Source: Alphaproteobacteria bacterium (GTDB taxonomy: Bacteria; Pseudomonadota; Alphaproteobacteria; RF32; CAG-239). From it: 64,000 nucleotides of DNA. The stretch is from assembly GCA_017444525.1 (NCBI GenBank), contig JAFSWL010000044.1:25499-89498 (forward strand). Reading direction: 5' to 3'. Under the pieces are notes generated by a model. That model was not told the origin of the DNA and searched no databases. It was given only the letters and a program-made list of their open reading frames with translations. Position 1 is the first letter of the stretch. The number at the start of each line of letters is the position of its first letter. The position numbers and the translations under genes were made by a program. Positions 1 to 9,840 of the stretch are shown here, in pieces.

Positions 1-54
1 ACACCCTGCCGTTCGGCAAGGTGCTAAATTTTGACAATCATCGGTACAATAGGA

Positions 55-3000
55 CTATATCCTGCCTTTGCCCATATTTTTTAATATAGAAGTTATTTTT
101 TTTGCAGACAGTCCCGTATCTACTGCTTTTCCGGCATTTTCTCCGGCATTACTGATAGAATAAACCTTCTTAGTGTCTCCGTCTTGAATATAGGTTACTT
201 GAACACCCGCATCATTTCTCTGACTGCCGAGAACAACATCGGCTTTGGTACCGTTGGCATCACCTACAAAACTGGCCTCCTCTTTCTTTCCCTTAAATAA
301 TTCAACGCGGTTGTTATCCTCGGTTTTATATATCTTGGTGCGCACATCATCAATCGTCCGAGTTGTTACGGTATATCCGTTTTTGCTTTCCACATTAACT
401 TTAAATTTATGCGATGTACCGTCGATATCGGTCATTTTTCCCTTAACTGTATAGCCGTCCTGTTTGATGGCTTCATTGCTTTCGGAATTTATCGGTAATC
501 CGCGGGATTGCATGGCGATACGTGCCGCATAATTTTCAACATCTTTATCCGTTTCACCGGTTACGACCATATTGACATCATAATCATGCTTTTTATGCCA
601 CATCCGTTTCCACCAGCTGCCTTCTTCGGCCTTACCGGTAACGGTACCTATTTTCTTTTCCGCTTCTGCTGCTTTTTCCACATGGACAGCATCAGAAGAT
701 TTTTCTTTATCTACAACCGCCACACCATCATTGGCATTCCCGTCGCTTTTGGCAGAAGCCTGAGCAGAATTAACTTCTGCATTGCCGGTCTTTGCTGTTG
801 CTGTGTTGCCCACATTTTCGCCGGTATTTCCGCTTCCCGAATTTATTGTTTCATGCCCGTTGGCAATTTCGCCGCCGGCATAAATAACCATACGATGATT
901 ATTCAAATCATCCTTAATTTTATCAAACTCACCGTTATCAAGTTTGGCTTGAAATTCTTGTTGCTGAGTGTCGGTAAGTTGCAGCTTATTAAGATAAGCA
1001 GTCATTTGTGATTGGGTAATATGGGTATTGCCTCCGCGCAGTTCATCAAAATCCTTGCCATTCATCAGCCCCATTTCTTTCAAAATAACATAAGTGGCAT
1101 TCGGTTGAGTCACAACTCTATTATCCGTAATTTCAAAAGTATGTGTTTGCGGTTCCTCGGCAATCACGTCAGCTTGCTGTGTATCAGTCAGCTGAGGTTG
1201 CTCAGAGGCGGCGTTACCGACGGTAGTGTTTTCTGCAAGAGTGTCCGTCTTATCGCCATCTCCGAGCAAATTACCTATAAAATCTTTAACTTCTTCGCCA
1301 TTAGCCATGCCTCCGCCGATAATCGTACCGGCAACGGCTGCACCGCGTGCGGCTTTCAACTGTTTTATTTCTTTGGCGAGCTCCATCACTCGTTCCTTGT
1401 CCTGAGCAGGGAGGTTTAACGAAGCAATTTTTTCCATAAGCTTTTCATCGCTATTAAACAGCCTTGTCAAATCCTGATAAGCTCTTTTTGCCGGATCTTT
1501 GGTTTTGAAAAAGCTTAATAATCCTTTATTTTCGACCTGTTGTCCCTGCAGATTTTTTTGCAGAATTTCCATTAATTCTTTCTTTTTCGGTGAGATTTTT
1601 TGCTGAACCACAACATAAGTTGCACCACCGGCAACAGCAGTAATAATACCGGTTACTTTCATCTTCATCAGTTTTATGGCCGCAGCCTGTGTGGCAGATG
1701 CAACGGCATTGGTCATGCCAAATCCGGACAAACTGCCGATAGCACCGAAGGCCAACGCACCGGAAGCATATAAGGCGGCAACAGCGCCCGCAGAAACGGC
1801 AAACGTTGCGGTTTGCTTTAACAAGCCGATTCCTTCCTCTTTATTGTTATTAAGATATTTGAAGAAGCCGCCGATGGATTTCTTTTGTCCTTCATTCTGC
1901 GCCGCATAGTTGTTATAAGATTTTTTGAACGCGCCGACTAACTGCCAACCTTGTTTTGCCGTCAGGCCTATAGGACCGAGAGCCGCAACCATACCGACAC
2001 TTAAAGCCGCGCTTTTTCCACCGTTTTTTACCGCAGTCATTATTTCAGGATGCTTTTGCCACAAGGCAAGTTTTTGATGTGAAGCGGTATTTAATACTCT
2101 ATTCATTCCGGTTTTCTGTGACAAACGCGAAGCATATATTGCATTTCTTTCGGTATAAATGCCGTTCATTGTTTTATAAATGTTAGAAAACATATATTTA
2201 TTAAAGGCGTCAATATGCTGCGGGTTTTGACTGATTTCGCCGATTTTATCCAACGGAATATTATTGGCCTCGCAATATCCTTTCCACCACTTAGCTTTTT
2301 GTTCTTCATCTTTTTCAATTAACTTGATGGTGGTGGAAACGCTGCCGAGATATTGCGCCGCTGTTTCATTATACTTTTCTAAAAAAAGTTTGGTATTTTC
2401 TTTTTCATCTTCGCACGGTACTACTGCCGCCAATTCGGTAATTGTGATCGCACGCAGAGTATCCAGTATTTCTTTATAAGTTTCTTTATCTGTATCTTTT
2501 AAGAAATGCAAACTTGCATCCTCTTCGAAACCGCTTGGAATAACGTTTTCTTTTACAATGCCGGTCCATTTCTGTTCGTTTTTCAAAAGTTGCTCGGCAA
2601 TTTGTGCCTGATTTGAAAATTCTCCATCCAATCCGTTATCTTTATCATAATCTTCCAGAGCTTTTGTAAGACTGTCCTGATTTGGATATTTATAATTTTC
2701 ATCGCTTGCAGTCAGTATTTCAACATAATCTTTTATGGTAGGAGCATTATGCGAAGAAAGCTCAGTTTCTTCAAGTTCTTTATTAATATATTTCTCAATA
2801 TCGAGCATTTCTTGGCGGAAAGATGCCATTTTTTGTGCAAGCTGCTTAGCTTCCGGAGAATCCTGTAATGGCGGATTTTGTCCGAATGTTTGTTGACCGA
2901 TCACAGCTAAGCGATTATATTCTGCCCTGATTTTATTATATATATTGAGTAAGTTACGGGAGGTTAGAGCATCATAAGGAGCATTGTTAGGTTCTTTTTC

Positions 3001-3306
3001 TTGCGGTTGTTCCTGCAAAGAAATAATTGTTTCTTCTGTTTTTGGCTGAGGTTGCTGCGCCAGAAGTTCTTCTCGGCGATTGATTATTTTTTCCGGTAAA
3101 GAACGCAAATTTTCAGGTAAATCACGTCCGTCAAGCAATTCAATGAATTTATCAAGAGTAGCAGTATCCAATCCATCAAGATTTGTGCGATTATTCAGCT
3201 CATTTAATAAGGTAATAACCGAGGTATCATAGACCTTAATATCTTCTTGCGGATTCGGCAAAGCGGCAATTTTTTCAATAAATTCTTGATTGGTTGTATC
3301 AGCCAT
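55..3306 (-). CDS. Large orphan protein (about 1083 aa) with an acidic N-terminal half, a central cluster of Gly/Ala-rich hydrophobic segments and a Lys/Thr/Gly-rich C-terminal part. Function unknown.
   Basis: Uninterrupted ORF 55..3321. GAGGAG lies 7 nt upstream of the ATG at 3306 (MADTTNQ...), so I start there. Hydrophobic stretches include SAALSVGMVAALGPIGL, FAVSAGAVAALYASGALAFGAIGSL and GIITAVAGGATYVVV. I recognise no catalytic motif. Confidence 0.75.
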   Translation of the reverse strand: MADTTNQEFIEKIAALPNPQEDIKVYDTSVITLLNELNNRTNLDGLDTATLDKFIELLDGRDLPENLRSLPEKIINRREELLAQQPQPKTEETIISLQEQPQEKEPNNAPYDALTSRNLLNIYNKIRAEYNRLAVIGQQTFGQNPPLQDSPEAKQLAQKMASFRQEMLDIEKYINKELEETELSSHNAPTIKDYVEILTASDENYKYPNQDSLTKALEDYDKDNGLDGEFSNQAQIAEQLLKNEQKWTGIVKENVIPSGFEEDASLHFLKDTDKETYKEILDTLRAITITELAAVVPCEDEKENTKLFLEKYNETAAQYLGSVSTTIKLIEKDEEQKAKWWKGYCEANNIPLDKIGEISQNPQHIDAFNKYMFSNIYKTMNGIYTERNAIYASRLSQKTGMNRVLNTASHQKLALWQKHPEIMTAVKNGGKSAALSVGMVAALGPIGLTAKQGWQLVGAFKKSYNNYAAQNEGQKKSIGGFFKYLNNNKEEGIGLLKQTATFAVSAGAVAALYASGALAFGAIGSLSGFGMTNAVASATQAAAIKLMKMKVTGIITAVAGGATYVVVQQKISPKKKELMEILQKNLQGQQVENKGLLSFFKTKDPAKRAYQDLTRLFNSDEKLMEKIASLNLPAQDKERVMELAKEIKQLKAARGAAVAGTIIGGGMANGEEVKDFIGNLLGDGDKTDTLAENTTVGNAASEQPQLTDTQQADVIAEEPQTHTFEITDNRVVTQPNATYVILKEMGLMNGKDFDELRGGNTHITQSQMTAYLNKLQLTDTQQQEFQAKLDNGEFDKIKDDLNNHRMVIYAGGEIANGHETINSGSGNTGENVGNTATAKTGNAEVNSAQASAKSDGNANDGVAVVDKEKSSDAVHVEKAAEAEKKIGTVTGKAEEGSWWKRMWHKKHDYDVNMVVTGETDKDVENYAARIAMQSRGLPINSESNEAIKQDGYTVKGKMTDIDGTSHKFKVNVESKNGYTVTTRTIDDVRTKIYKTEDNNRVELFKGKKEEASFVGDANGTKADVVLGSQRNDAGVQVTYIQDGDTKKVYSISNAGENAGKAVDTGLSAKKITSILKNMGKGRI

Positions 3307-3504
3307 ATTCATTCTCCTCAACAGCTTATATTTCCTATACTATATCGCAATTATACAGAAAAAGCAAGTAAAAAATGACAAAATTAATACATTTTGTAAA
3401 ATTGTCAAATAAGGGTAACTCATTCAATAATGCGTTTTTTTTAGTATACTTTTTTGTTTTGTATGGTATAACAAGTATAGTTTAAGAGTGGTTAACGAGG
3501 TGCT

Positions 3505-4962
3505 ATGCAAAAATTATCAAAAAAGTTTATATCTTTACTGCTTTTTAGTTTTGCGGTATGGAGTGTGGTTCCGATGTTGCGTCTTTCACTCTCCATGGAT
3601 ACACAAGAAGCGATAGTGTGGGGAAAATATTGTCTGTTCGGTACTACCAAACATGCACCGCTCTCGGGGTGGGTTGCGTATGCGTGGTATACGCTTTTCG
3701 GGCAAAGCGATAAGGCTATGTATGCCTTAAGTCAGCTTTTTGTATTGCTCGGTGTGGTATATATCTATAAGCTGGCTCGTTGCTTTTTGGATGAAACTAA
3801 GGCAATTTTGGCGGCGGCGCTGCAATTCGGCATAATATATTACGGATATTCTACTCCTGAATATAATGTCAATGTGGTATCGGTTGGATTATGGCCGTTG
3901 TGCGCCTATTATTTTTGGCGGGCCTATACATTGGATAAGTGGCGTGATTGGTTATTGTTTGGTATCTCAATCGGGCTGAATTTATTGAATAAATATACTG
4001 CTGTAATGCTACTGATTGCTCTCGGAGCATTTGTTTTGTGCGACAAAAAGTTCACACAACTGCTGAAAAACTATAAGGTGTATGCTGCGGCAATTATAGC
4101 TGTATCTTTGTTTGCTCCGCATGCCTATTGGCTGTATGAACATGATTTTGTGTCGTTTAATTATATATCATCACGCAGTCATGGCGGAGACATAACTTCT
4201 TTCTGGCGGCATTTTGTTTATCCGCTGAAGTTTCTGTTTGCGCAGATTTTGTTTGCGGCTCCAGCATTGCTGACATATTTTTATTTTTGGAGTAAGCACA
4301 AAACCGAGAAACTGGAATTCGGAACAACAGGCTGTTTTATTTTTTGTACTGCCGTTATTCCGGCTGCAATGTTTGCCCTGATTTGTCTCGTCAGCGGCAA
4401 TGCAGCTAAAAGTATGTGGGGTTTTCCTTGTTTGTTTATGTGGGGAACGGCTTTGTTTTATTTTGCTCCGCTAAAAATAGATAAAAATATTGCCGATAAA
4501 TTTTTAAATACAATGTTTGTATGGGTGGCGCTCTTGTCAACAGCTTATGGTGTCCAATGCTTGCTGACCTCCAGTCAGCGCTATCAGACCGATGTGCAGT
4601 CTGTGGCTGCAGAATTTGAGCAAAAATGGGCAGAACACACCGCAAAACCGCTTAAATATGTGGGAGCTGATGTGTGGTTCGGTAATATGATGGCGCTGTA
4701 CGCTTCTCATGAAATAAAACCGATGATATGGATGAACCCTGATAATAACCCGTGGTTTGACCGCAATGATTTTGAAAAAAGCGGAGCATTGCTGATTGCC
4801 ACGGATGATTGGGAGTTTCTGCAATATCAAAAGTTGTATGGGGATGCAGTTTCCGCACCGCAAAAAATCACGCTTGAATTTAAGAATTATTTTGGTAAAA
4901 CTAAAACAAAAGAAATTTTATACGGATTTTATGAACCATGGGAGGTTAAAAGTGCCGAATAA
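3505..4962 (+). CDS. ArnT-like / GT39-type (PMT_2) polytopic membrane glycosyltransferase using a polyprenyl-phosphate sugar donor
   Basis: 485 aa with many hydrophobic segments. The N-terminal loop motif DTQEAIVWGKY...KHAPLSGW resembles the DEAxYW...hPPL motif of ArnT/PMT_2 family enzymes. It is the first gene of a four-gene cluster with a GT2, a YdjC deacetylase and GtrA. Confidence 0.8.
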   Translation: MQKLSKKFISLLLFSFAVWSVVPMLRLSLSMDTQEAIVWGKYCLFGTTKHAPLSGWVAYAWYTLFGQSDKAMYALSQLFVLLGVVYIYKLARCFLDETKAILAAALQFGIIYYGYSTPEYNVNVVSVGLWPLCAYYFWRAYTLDKWRDWLLFGISIGLNLLNKYTAVMLLIALGAFVLCDKKFTQLLKNYKVYAAAIIAVSLFAPHAYWLYEHDFVSFNYISSRSHGGDITSFWRHFVYPLKFLFAQILFAAPALLTYFYFWSKHKTEKLEFGTTGCFIFCTAVIPAAMFALICLVSGNAAKSMWGFPCLFMWGTALFYFAPLKIDKNIADKFLNTMFVWVALLSTAYGVQCLLTSSQRYQTDVQSVAAEFEQKWAEHTAKPLKYVGADVWFGNMMALYASHEIKPMIWMNPDNNPWFDRNDFEKSGALLIATDDWEFLQYQKLYGDAVSAPQKITLEFKNYFGKTKTKEILYGFYEPWEVKSAE

Positions 4963-5923
4963 ATTAGTCAGTATAGTTGTTTCTGCTTATAACGAACAAG
5001 ATAATGTCACTGAACTTTACAAACAATTGAATATAGTTGCAAAAGACTGCAAAAATGTGGAGTTTGAATATATATTCGTGGATGACGGCAGCAATGATAA
5101 AACTTACAACAATTGTCTGAAATTGCAAAAGGATGACGCACGCGTAAAAATCGTACAACTCAAACGCAACTTCGGACATGAAATAGCAATGACGGCCGGT
5201 ATGGATTATGCCAAAGGCGATGCAGTGATTTTTATGGATGCAGATTTGCAACATCCTCCGCACTATATTCCGCGGCTGATAAAAGCTTGGCAGAACGGTA
5301 AAGAAATTGTGTTGACTAAACGTATGGATAACGCAGAAACATCCAAAACCTACAAGTTCTGCGCTAAAACTTTTTATTATATTCTGAATCTGCTTTCCGA
5401 TATGCCGATAATGGAGAGCGCGCCTGATTTCAGACTACTTGACCGTAAATATGTTGATTTTTTGAAAAGTTTTAACGAACAAGATAGATTATTTCGTGGT
5501 TTGCTCAGTTGGATTATGCCGCAAGACAATGTAGAAATTATTCCGTTTGAGGCGCCGGAACGTTTTAGCGGTACTTCAAAATACAATTTTATAAAATCAC
5601 TGCGTTTGGCGATAAACAGTTTTGTGCAGTTTTCCGTGGTTCCGTTGCGTTTGGCAACCATTTTGGGTATTATTGCAGCGGTTTTGGCGCTGCTGATGGG
5701 TGTCTATGTGTTTTTCGAACATTTCTTTATGCATAATCCGACTCCTGGTTATGCTACAATTATGGTAACAGTGGTGTTTTTGGGGGCGGTTCAGCTTATT
5801 TGTTTAGGTATCATCGGCGAATATATCGGCAAAATCCATATTGAAGTAAAAAAACGTCCGCTTTATGTGGCTGATTTTATCGAAAAGAAAGCAGGAAAAA
5901 ATGAGCCTGAAAATCATATTTAA
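4952..5923 (+). CDS. GT2 polyprenyl-phosphate glycosyltransferase (ArnC/GtrB/DPM1-like)
   Basis: VSIVVSAYNEQDNV...FVDDGSNDKT...FMDADLQHPP is a classic GT-A DxD architecture, with two C-terminal TM helices. GGGAGG lies 6 nt before the GTG at 4952 (alternative ATG at 4931). The ORF-track start at 4796 lies inside the previous gene. Confidence 0.85.
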   Translation: MPNKLVSIVVSAYNEQDNVTELYKQLNIVAKDCKNVEFEYIFVDDGSNDKTYNNCLKLQKDDARVKIVQLKRNFGHEIAMTAGMDYAKGDAVIFMDADLQHPPHYIPRLIKAWQNGKEIVLTKRMDNAETSKTYKFCAKTFYYILNLLSDMPIMESAPDFRLLDRKYVDFLKSFNEQDRLFRGLLSWIMPQDNVEIIPFEAPERFSGTSKYNFIKSLRLAINSFVQFSVVPLRLATILGIIAAVLALLMGVYVFFEHFFMHNPTPGYATIMVTVVFLGAVQLICLGIIGEYIGKIHIEVKKRPLYVADFIEKKAGKNEPENHI

Positions 5924-6746
5924 TGCCGATGATTTTGGTATCAGCCGCGGTGTCAATGCCGCTATTATCGAGGCACATACCAAAGGTATTTTAAATAGCA
6001 CCAGCTTAATGGTTAATCAAGAATTTGCCGCTGAAGCGGCGGAAGCCGCTAAAAATATGCCGGATTTGGAAGTGGGACTGCATCTTAATTTAACAAACGA
6101 AAAACCGGCAGCCGATTCGCGTGATATTCCGCTGTTGACAGATGCTGACGGTAAGCTGAAAAACGGTTTTGTAAAATTGCTGCTGTTATCATTTTTGCAT
6201 CCTGAAAAATTTGCATCGCAGGTTGAAACGGAAATTCGCGCACAGGCACAAAAATATATGGCAACGGGGCTGAAAATGGCACACATTGACGGACATCGCC
6301 ATGTGCATCTTATTCCGACAGTGTTTAAGATCGTATGCAAAATTGCAAGGGAATATAATGTGCGTCGTATAAGAGTGATGAACGAAAATGCCCTTAATAC
6401 GATTTTGCAAAACAAATCTAAAAGTTGGTTATTAGACGGCGGACTGATTAAATATTTTATCTTGCGCTTTCTCTCTTGGTGGAATGGTTATAAATCAGAC
6501 GTTTACTTTTATACGATTCTCTTTACCTGCAAAATTTCACGTGAACAGTTTGAAAATATTCGGATTCCGCGTGGCTATAATGCGGTAGAAATTATGATTC
6601 ATCCCGGTAAGCCTGAAATAGATAAACAGTATCCGGAAAGTGTGTGGGATGATAACATATTATCTCCGTGGCGCGCGGTGGAATTGGAAACATTGTTGGA
6701 TAAAAATGTTATGAACAATATTTGTGGCGGAGATGAAATTGATTAA
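5901..6746 (+). CDS. YdjC/ChbG-family carbohydrate deacetylase
   Basis: MSLKIIFNADDFGISRGVNAAIIEAH...STSLMVN...GLHLNLT...IDGHRHVHL matches the YdjC family signature. The ATG at 5901 is preceded by AGGAAAAA. Confidence 0.85.
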   Translation: MSLKIIFNADDFGISRGVNAAIIEAHTKGILNSTSLMVNQEFAAEAAEAAKNMPDLEVGLHLNLTNEKPAADSRDIPLLTDADGKLKNGFVKLLLLSFLHPEKFASQVETEIRAQAQKYMATGLKMAHIDGHRHVHLIPTVFKIVCKIAREYNVRRIRVMNENALNTILQNKSKSWLLDGGLIKYFILRFLSWWNGYKSDVYFYTILFTCKISREQFENIRIPRGYNAVEIMIHPGKPEIDKQYPESVWDDNILSPWRAVELETLLDKNVMNNICGGDEID

Positions 6747-7203
6747 GACAATAGTCAAATTATATCTTTGGACGGAGAATATCTGGTTTAAATTACCGGA
6801 AAAATTGCGTTTTTTATTGGTAGGCGGGTTTAATACCGTTTTTGCATGGTCGGTATTTGCAGCTTTGACATGGCTGTTTGTCTCAATCAACAATCGGGCA
6901 GGGTGGAATTTTCCTGAAATATTGTTGGCAAATGCGGCATTGATTGTGCAGTATGCCATAACCATCAATGTGTCGTTTATTACCATGCGCTACTACGTTT
7001 TTCGCAGTCATGGCAATTTTTGGAAAGAATGGGCAAAAGCGTGGTCGGTGTATGTTTTGCTTTATACTATTAACGCACCAAGTATCAGCTTTTTAATGTG
7101 GATATTTAAGCTTAACGCTTGGTTGGCGCAGGCAATATATTTGATTTTTTCGACAATCGTTACATTTTTATTACATAAATACTACTCGTTTCGCCATGCG
7201 TAA
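6733..7203 (+). CDS. GtrA-family small integral membrane protein
   Basis: LRFLLVGGFNTVFAWSVFAAL...NVSFITMRYYVFRS has the typical four-TM GtrA-like layout. The start is ambiguous (GTG 6724 or ATG 6733) and overlaps the end of the deacetylase gene. Confidence 0.75.
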   Translation: MKLIKTIVKLYLWTENIWFKLPEKLRFLLVGGFNTVFAWSVFAALTWLFVSINNRAGWNFPEILLANAALIVQYAITINVSFITMRYYVFRSHGNFWKEWAKAWSVYVLLYTINAPSISFLMWIFKLNAWLAQAIYLIFSTIVTFLLHKYYSFRHA

Positions 7204-7290
7204 ATTTGTTTTTTGCTGATATTTTTGATTGCAAATGATGCAAAATTGGGATACTATGTTTCTCATAGATAATTTTGTAAGGAATTTGCC

Positions 7291-7833
7291 ATGGAAATTA
7301 TAGGAACAAGCCCGAAAACCGGTAATCCGATTTTTGATGTCGGCGAATATAAAAATGTATTGTCGATGGAACAAACACTTAATTATGAAAATATTTCAAA
7401 GTATGTAAGGACCACTTTAAGTAAAAATGACGGCAACGAATTAAATGCTGCCATAGAAAATATATTCAGACAACCGGTAATGGCGGCTGCTTACCGCAAA
7501 CACGGTATAAAACCGGAATTTGTGAAAGAATATATTGAGAACCGCAAACAACAACCGTTAGGTGCAAAAATATCAATGATGATGCACATAGAAGGTATTT
7601 ATAACGACGCTGCCAATTCTATGGAAGAAGAAATAAATACGCCACGCATTTCCGGCTATAGAGAATGGCTCAGCTTGGAAGTAAAGTTTATGTTGTCGTT
7701 CAGTGCTACCGTTCCGATGAAAAAATTTGTTGCGCAAAAAAATGCCGAAAACAAAAAAACAAATATTCAAAAAACAGGTTGGCAGAAATTGGTGCAAATG
7801 CTGAAAATAAAAAAAGGCAATTATAAGTCTTAA
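7291..7833 (+). CDS. Hypothetical protein, paralog A of a lineage-specific family (see 9927..10655)
   Basis: 180 aa, with AAGGAA 6 nt upstream of the ATG. It shares the block QPVMAAAYRKHGIKPEFVKEYI with QPIMAGVYRKNGIKPNEVYDYI of the ORF at 9927..10655. Confidence 0.7.
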   Translation: MEIIGTSPKTGNPIFDVGEYKNVLSMEQTLNYENISKYVRTTLSKNDGNELNAAIENIFRQPVMAAAYRKHGIKPEFVKEYIENRKQQPLGAKISMMMHIEGIYNDAANSMEEEINTPRISGYREWLSLEVKFMLSFSATVPMKKFVAQKNAENKKTNIQKTGWQKLVQMLKIKKGNYKS

Positions 7834-7864
7834 CCCATACAATAATATATAGCTGGAGATAATT

Positions 7865-9250
7865 ATGACAGTTTTGGCCGCGATTGCCGTACCGCATCCG
7901 CCGCTGATTTTTCCGGAAGTAGGCAATGGCAAAGAAAAAGAAATTCAAAAAACTATTGATGCTTATCGTGAAGCAATGAATTTTTTAACGGATTTTGAGC
8001 CGGACACAATCATTTTGCTCAGTCCGCATATGCGTTGGTATGTTGATTATTTCCATGTGGCATTGGCAGAAAAAATTTCCGATAATTTTGCGCAGTTTGG
8101 AGCACCGGAAGTAAAAATAACCGCTGCGTCCGATGAAAGTTTTATCGGTGAGCTAAATACTTTTTGCCAAGCCCGTGGTTTTCCGTGCGGCATATTGGGC
8201 GGGCATGAGCAAAATATTGACCATGGTTCGTTTATTCCGCTACGCTTTTTGACAGAAGCCAAAAAAGACTTTAAAGTGGTGCGGATAGCAATTTCCGGAT
8301 TATCGATTTATTATCATTATCTGTTGGGGCAAATCTTAAATGAGGTTTCAAGTAAGCTCAATCGTCGTAGCGTGGTTATTGCCAGCGGTGATTGGTCGCA
8401 CAAGCTGCTTGACGACGGTCCGTACGGATTTACTAAAGAGGGACCGGAATTTGATGCTAAAGTGCGGGAGATTTTCAAAACAGCAAATTTTTTGCCGCTG
8501 TTGCAAATGTCGCCACAACTATGTGAAGCTGCCGGAGAATGCGGACACCGTCCGTTTGTGATTATGGCCGGAGCTTTTGATTTACGTACGGTTAAGAGTA
8601 ATTTACTGTCGTATGAAGGGCCGTTCGGTGTCGGCTATGGTGTGGCGACTTTTACTGCGGGTGATGTTGATAAAAAGCGCAATTTCGGAGCGCAATTTAG
8701 CGAATGGAAGCAAAAACAGGTGGCGGCACAGGTACAAAAAGAAGATGCCTATGTCCGTTTTGCCCGTTATTGCATTGAAAATTTTGTGTTGAGCGGAAAA
8801 CCGGTATCAATGCCGCAAAATGTAGCTTCCGAACTGGTGCAAAACCGCGCCGGAGTGTTTGTTTCGCTTAAAATGCACGGACAATTACGCGGCTGCATAG
8901 GTACCATTGCTCCGGTTTATGCCAACATTGCCGATGAAATTGCGCATAATGCAATTGCCGCGTGTTCGCAGGATCCGCGTTTTATGGCGGTTCGACCTGA
9001 TGAATTGGCGGATTTGGTATACAGTGTAGATGTGCTGATGCCGGCAGAACCGATAACTTCAACTGAGGAACTTAATATTAAAAAGTATGGAGTAATCGTC
9101 GAAAGCAATGGTAAACGTGGCTTGTTATTACCTGATATTGAGGGGATTGACAGTATAGAGCAGCAAGTGGCAATTGCCCGTCAAAAAGGCAATATAGCTC
9201 CGCACGAACCGGTGCAACTTTATCGCTTTGAAGTAGTGAGACATCGTTAA
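7865..9250 (+). CDS. Fusion protein: class III extradiol dioxygenase-like (LigB/Memo-like) N-terminal domain plus AMMECR1 C-terminal domain
   Basis: N-terminal AVPHPPLIFPEVG...IDHGSFIPLRFL...SGDWSHKL looks LigB-family. C-terminal GVFVSLKMHGQLRGCIGTI...QDPRF is the AMMECR1 signature. GGAGA RBS. Confidence 0.8.
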   Translation: MTVLAAIAVPHPPLIFPEVGNGKEKEIQKTIDAYREAMNFLTDFEPDTIILLSPHMRWYVDYFHVALAEKISDNFAQFGAPEVKITAASDESFIGELNTFCQARGFPCGILGGHEQNIDHGSFIPLRFLTEAKKDFKVVRIAISGLSIYYHYLLGQILNEVSSKLNRRSVVIASGDWSHKLLDDGPYGFTKEGPEFDAKVREIFKTANFLPLLQMSPQLCEAAGECGHRPFVIMAGAFDLRTVKSNLLSYEGPFGVGYGVATFTAGDVDKKRNFGAQFSEWKQKQVAAQVQKEDAYVRFARYCIENFVLSGKPVSMPQNVASELVQNRAGVFVSLKMHGQLRGCIGTIAPVYANIADEIAHNAIAACSQDPRFMAVRPDELADLVYSVDVLMPAEPITSTEELNIKKYGVIVESNGKRGLLLPDIEGIDSIEQQVAIARQKGNIAPHEPVQLYRFEVVRHR

Positions 9251-9315
9251 AAAAGCTTCGGTTAAACAAATTCGTTTAATAGATAAAATAAGAATTTGCA
9301 GATTATAAAAGATAC

Positions 9316-9344
9316 TTGACAAATTTTGGAAGATTGTTTATAAT
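9316..9344 (+). promoter_or_regulatory. Perfect-consensus sigma70-type promoter (TTGACA-17 nt-TATAAT)
   Basis: TTGACA at 9316..9321, a 17-nt spacer, then TATAAT at 9339..9344, about 55 nt upstream of the ATG at 9400. Confidence 0.6.
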
Positions 9345-9399
9345 TAAATTATAAATATATTATTTAACTCCGTTGAAAAGGCAACGGTAATATTTTTTT

Positions 9400-9807
9400 A
9401 TGTTAGAAGAATATTTTTGTACGATTGTCGGAATAAATGACGACCCTGAGGTGAAATGTTATCAGAGACCTGATGATAATATTCACGGAAAAGAAGCTTA
9501 TTGGCTGGATATAACCGGTTATGCAGATCAGAAAGGAGTCAAAAAATACGAAAAGGTTTTATTTGACGAACCGGTTAGAGTGGCATTGACTATCGGTATT
9601 AACTTTAACGGCAGAAATGTGGCCGATTTGGTAACTTCGAGCAGTTATAAAGGTGATAAGAAAACGTATATTCATATCCATATATCGTTACGCTCTAATG
9701 AGTATGAGGCTGAGAAGTTGCTGGATGTTTTTCATGTCGGGGCTGAAATAGTCTTTGATATCGGAGATACAAAGCTTCTGAGAATCAATTTGGGGAGACG
9801 GAAATGA
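9400..9807 (+). CDS. Hypothetical 135-aa protein
   Basis: ORF with protein-like composition, bracketed by a consensus promoter and a strong terminator. There is no recognisable Shine-Dalgarno site. I recognise no motif. Confidence 0.6.
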   Translation: MLEEYFCTIVGINDDPEVKCYQRPDDNIHGKEAYWLDITGYADQKGVKKYEKVLFDEPVRVALTIGINFNGRNVADLVTSSSYKGDKKTYIHIHISLRSNEYEAEKLLDVFHVGAEIVFDIGDTKLLRINLGRRK

Positions 9808-9840
9808 CTATGGGTACAATGTAAACTCGTTTGTCCATTA

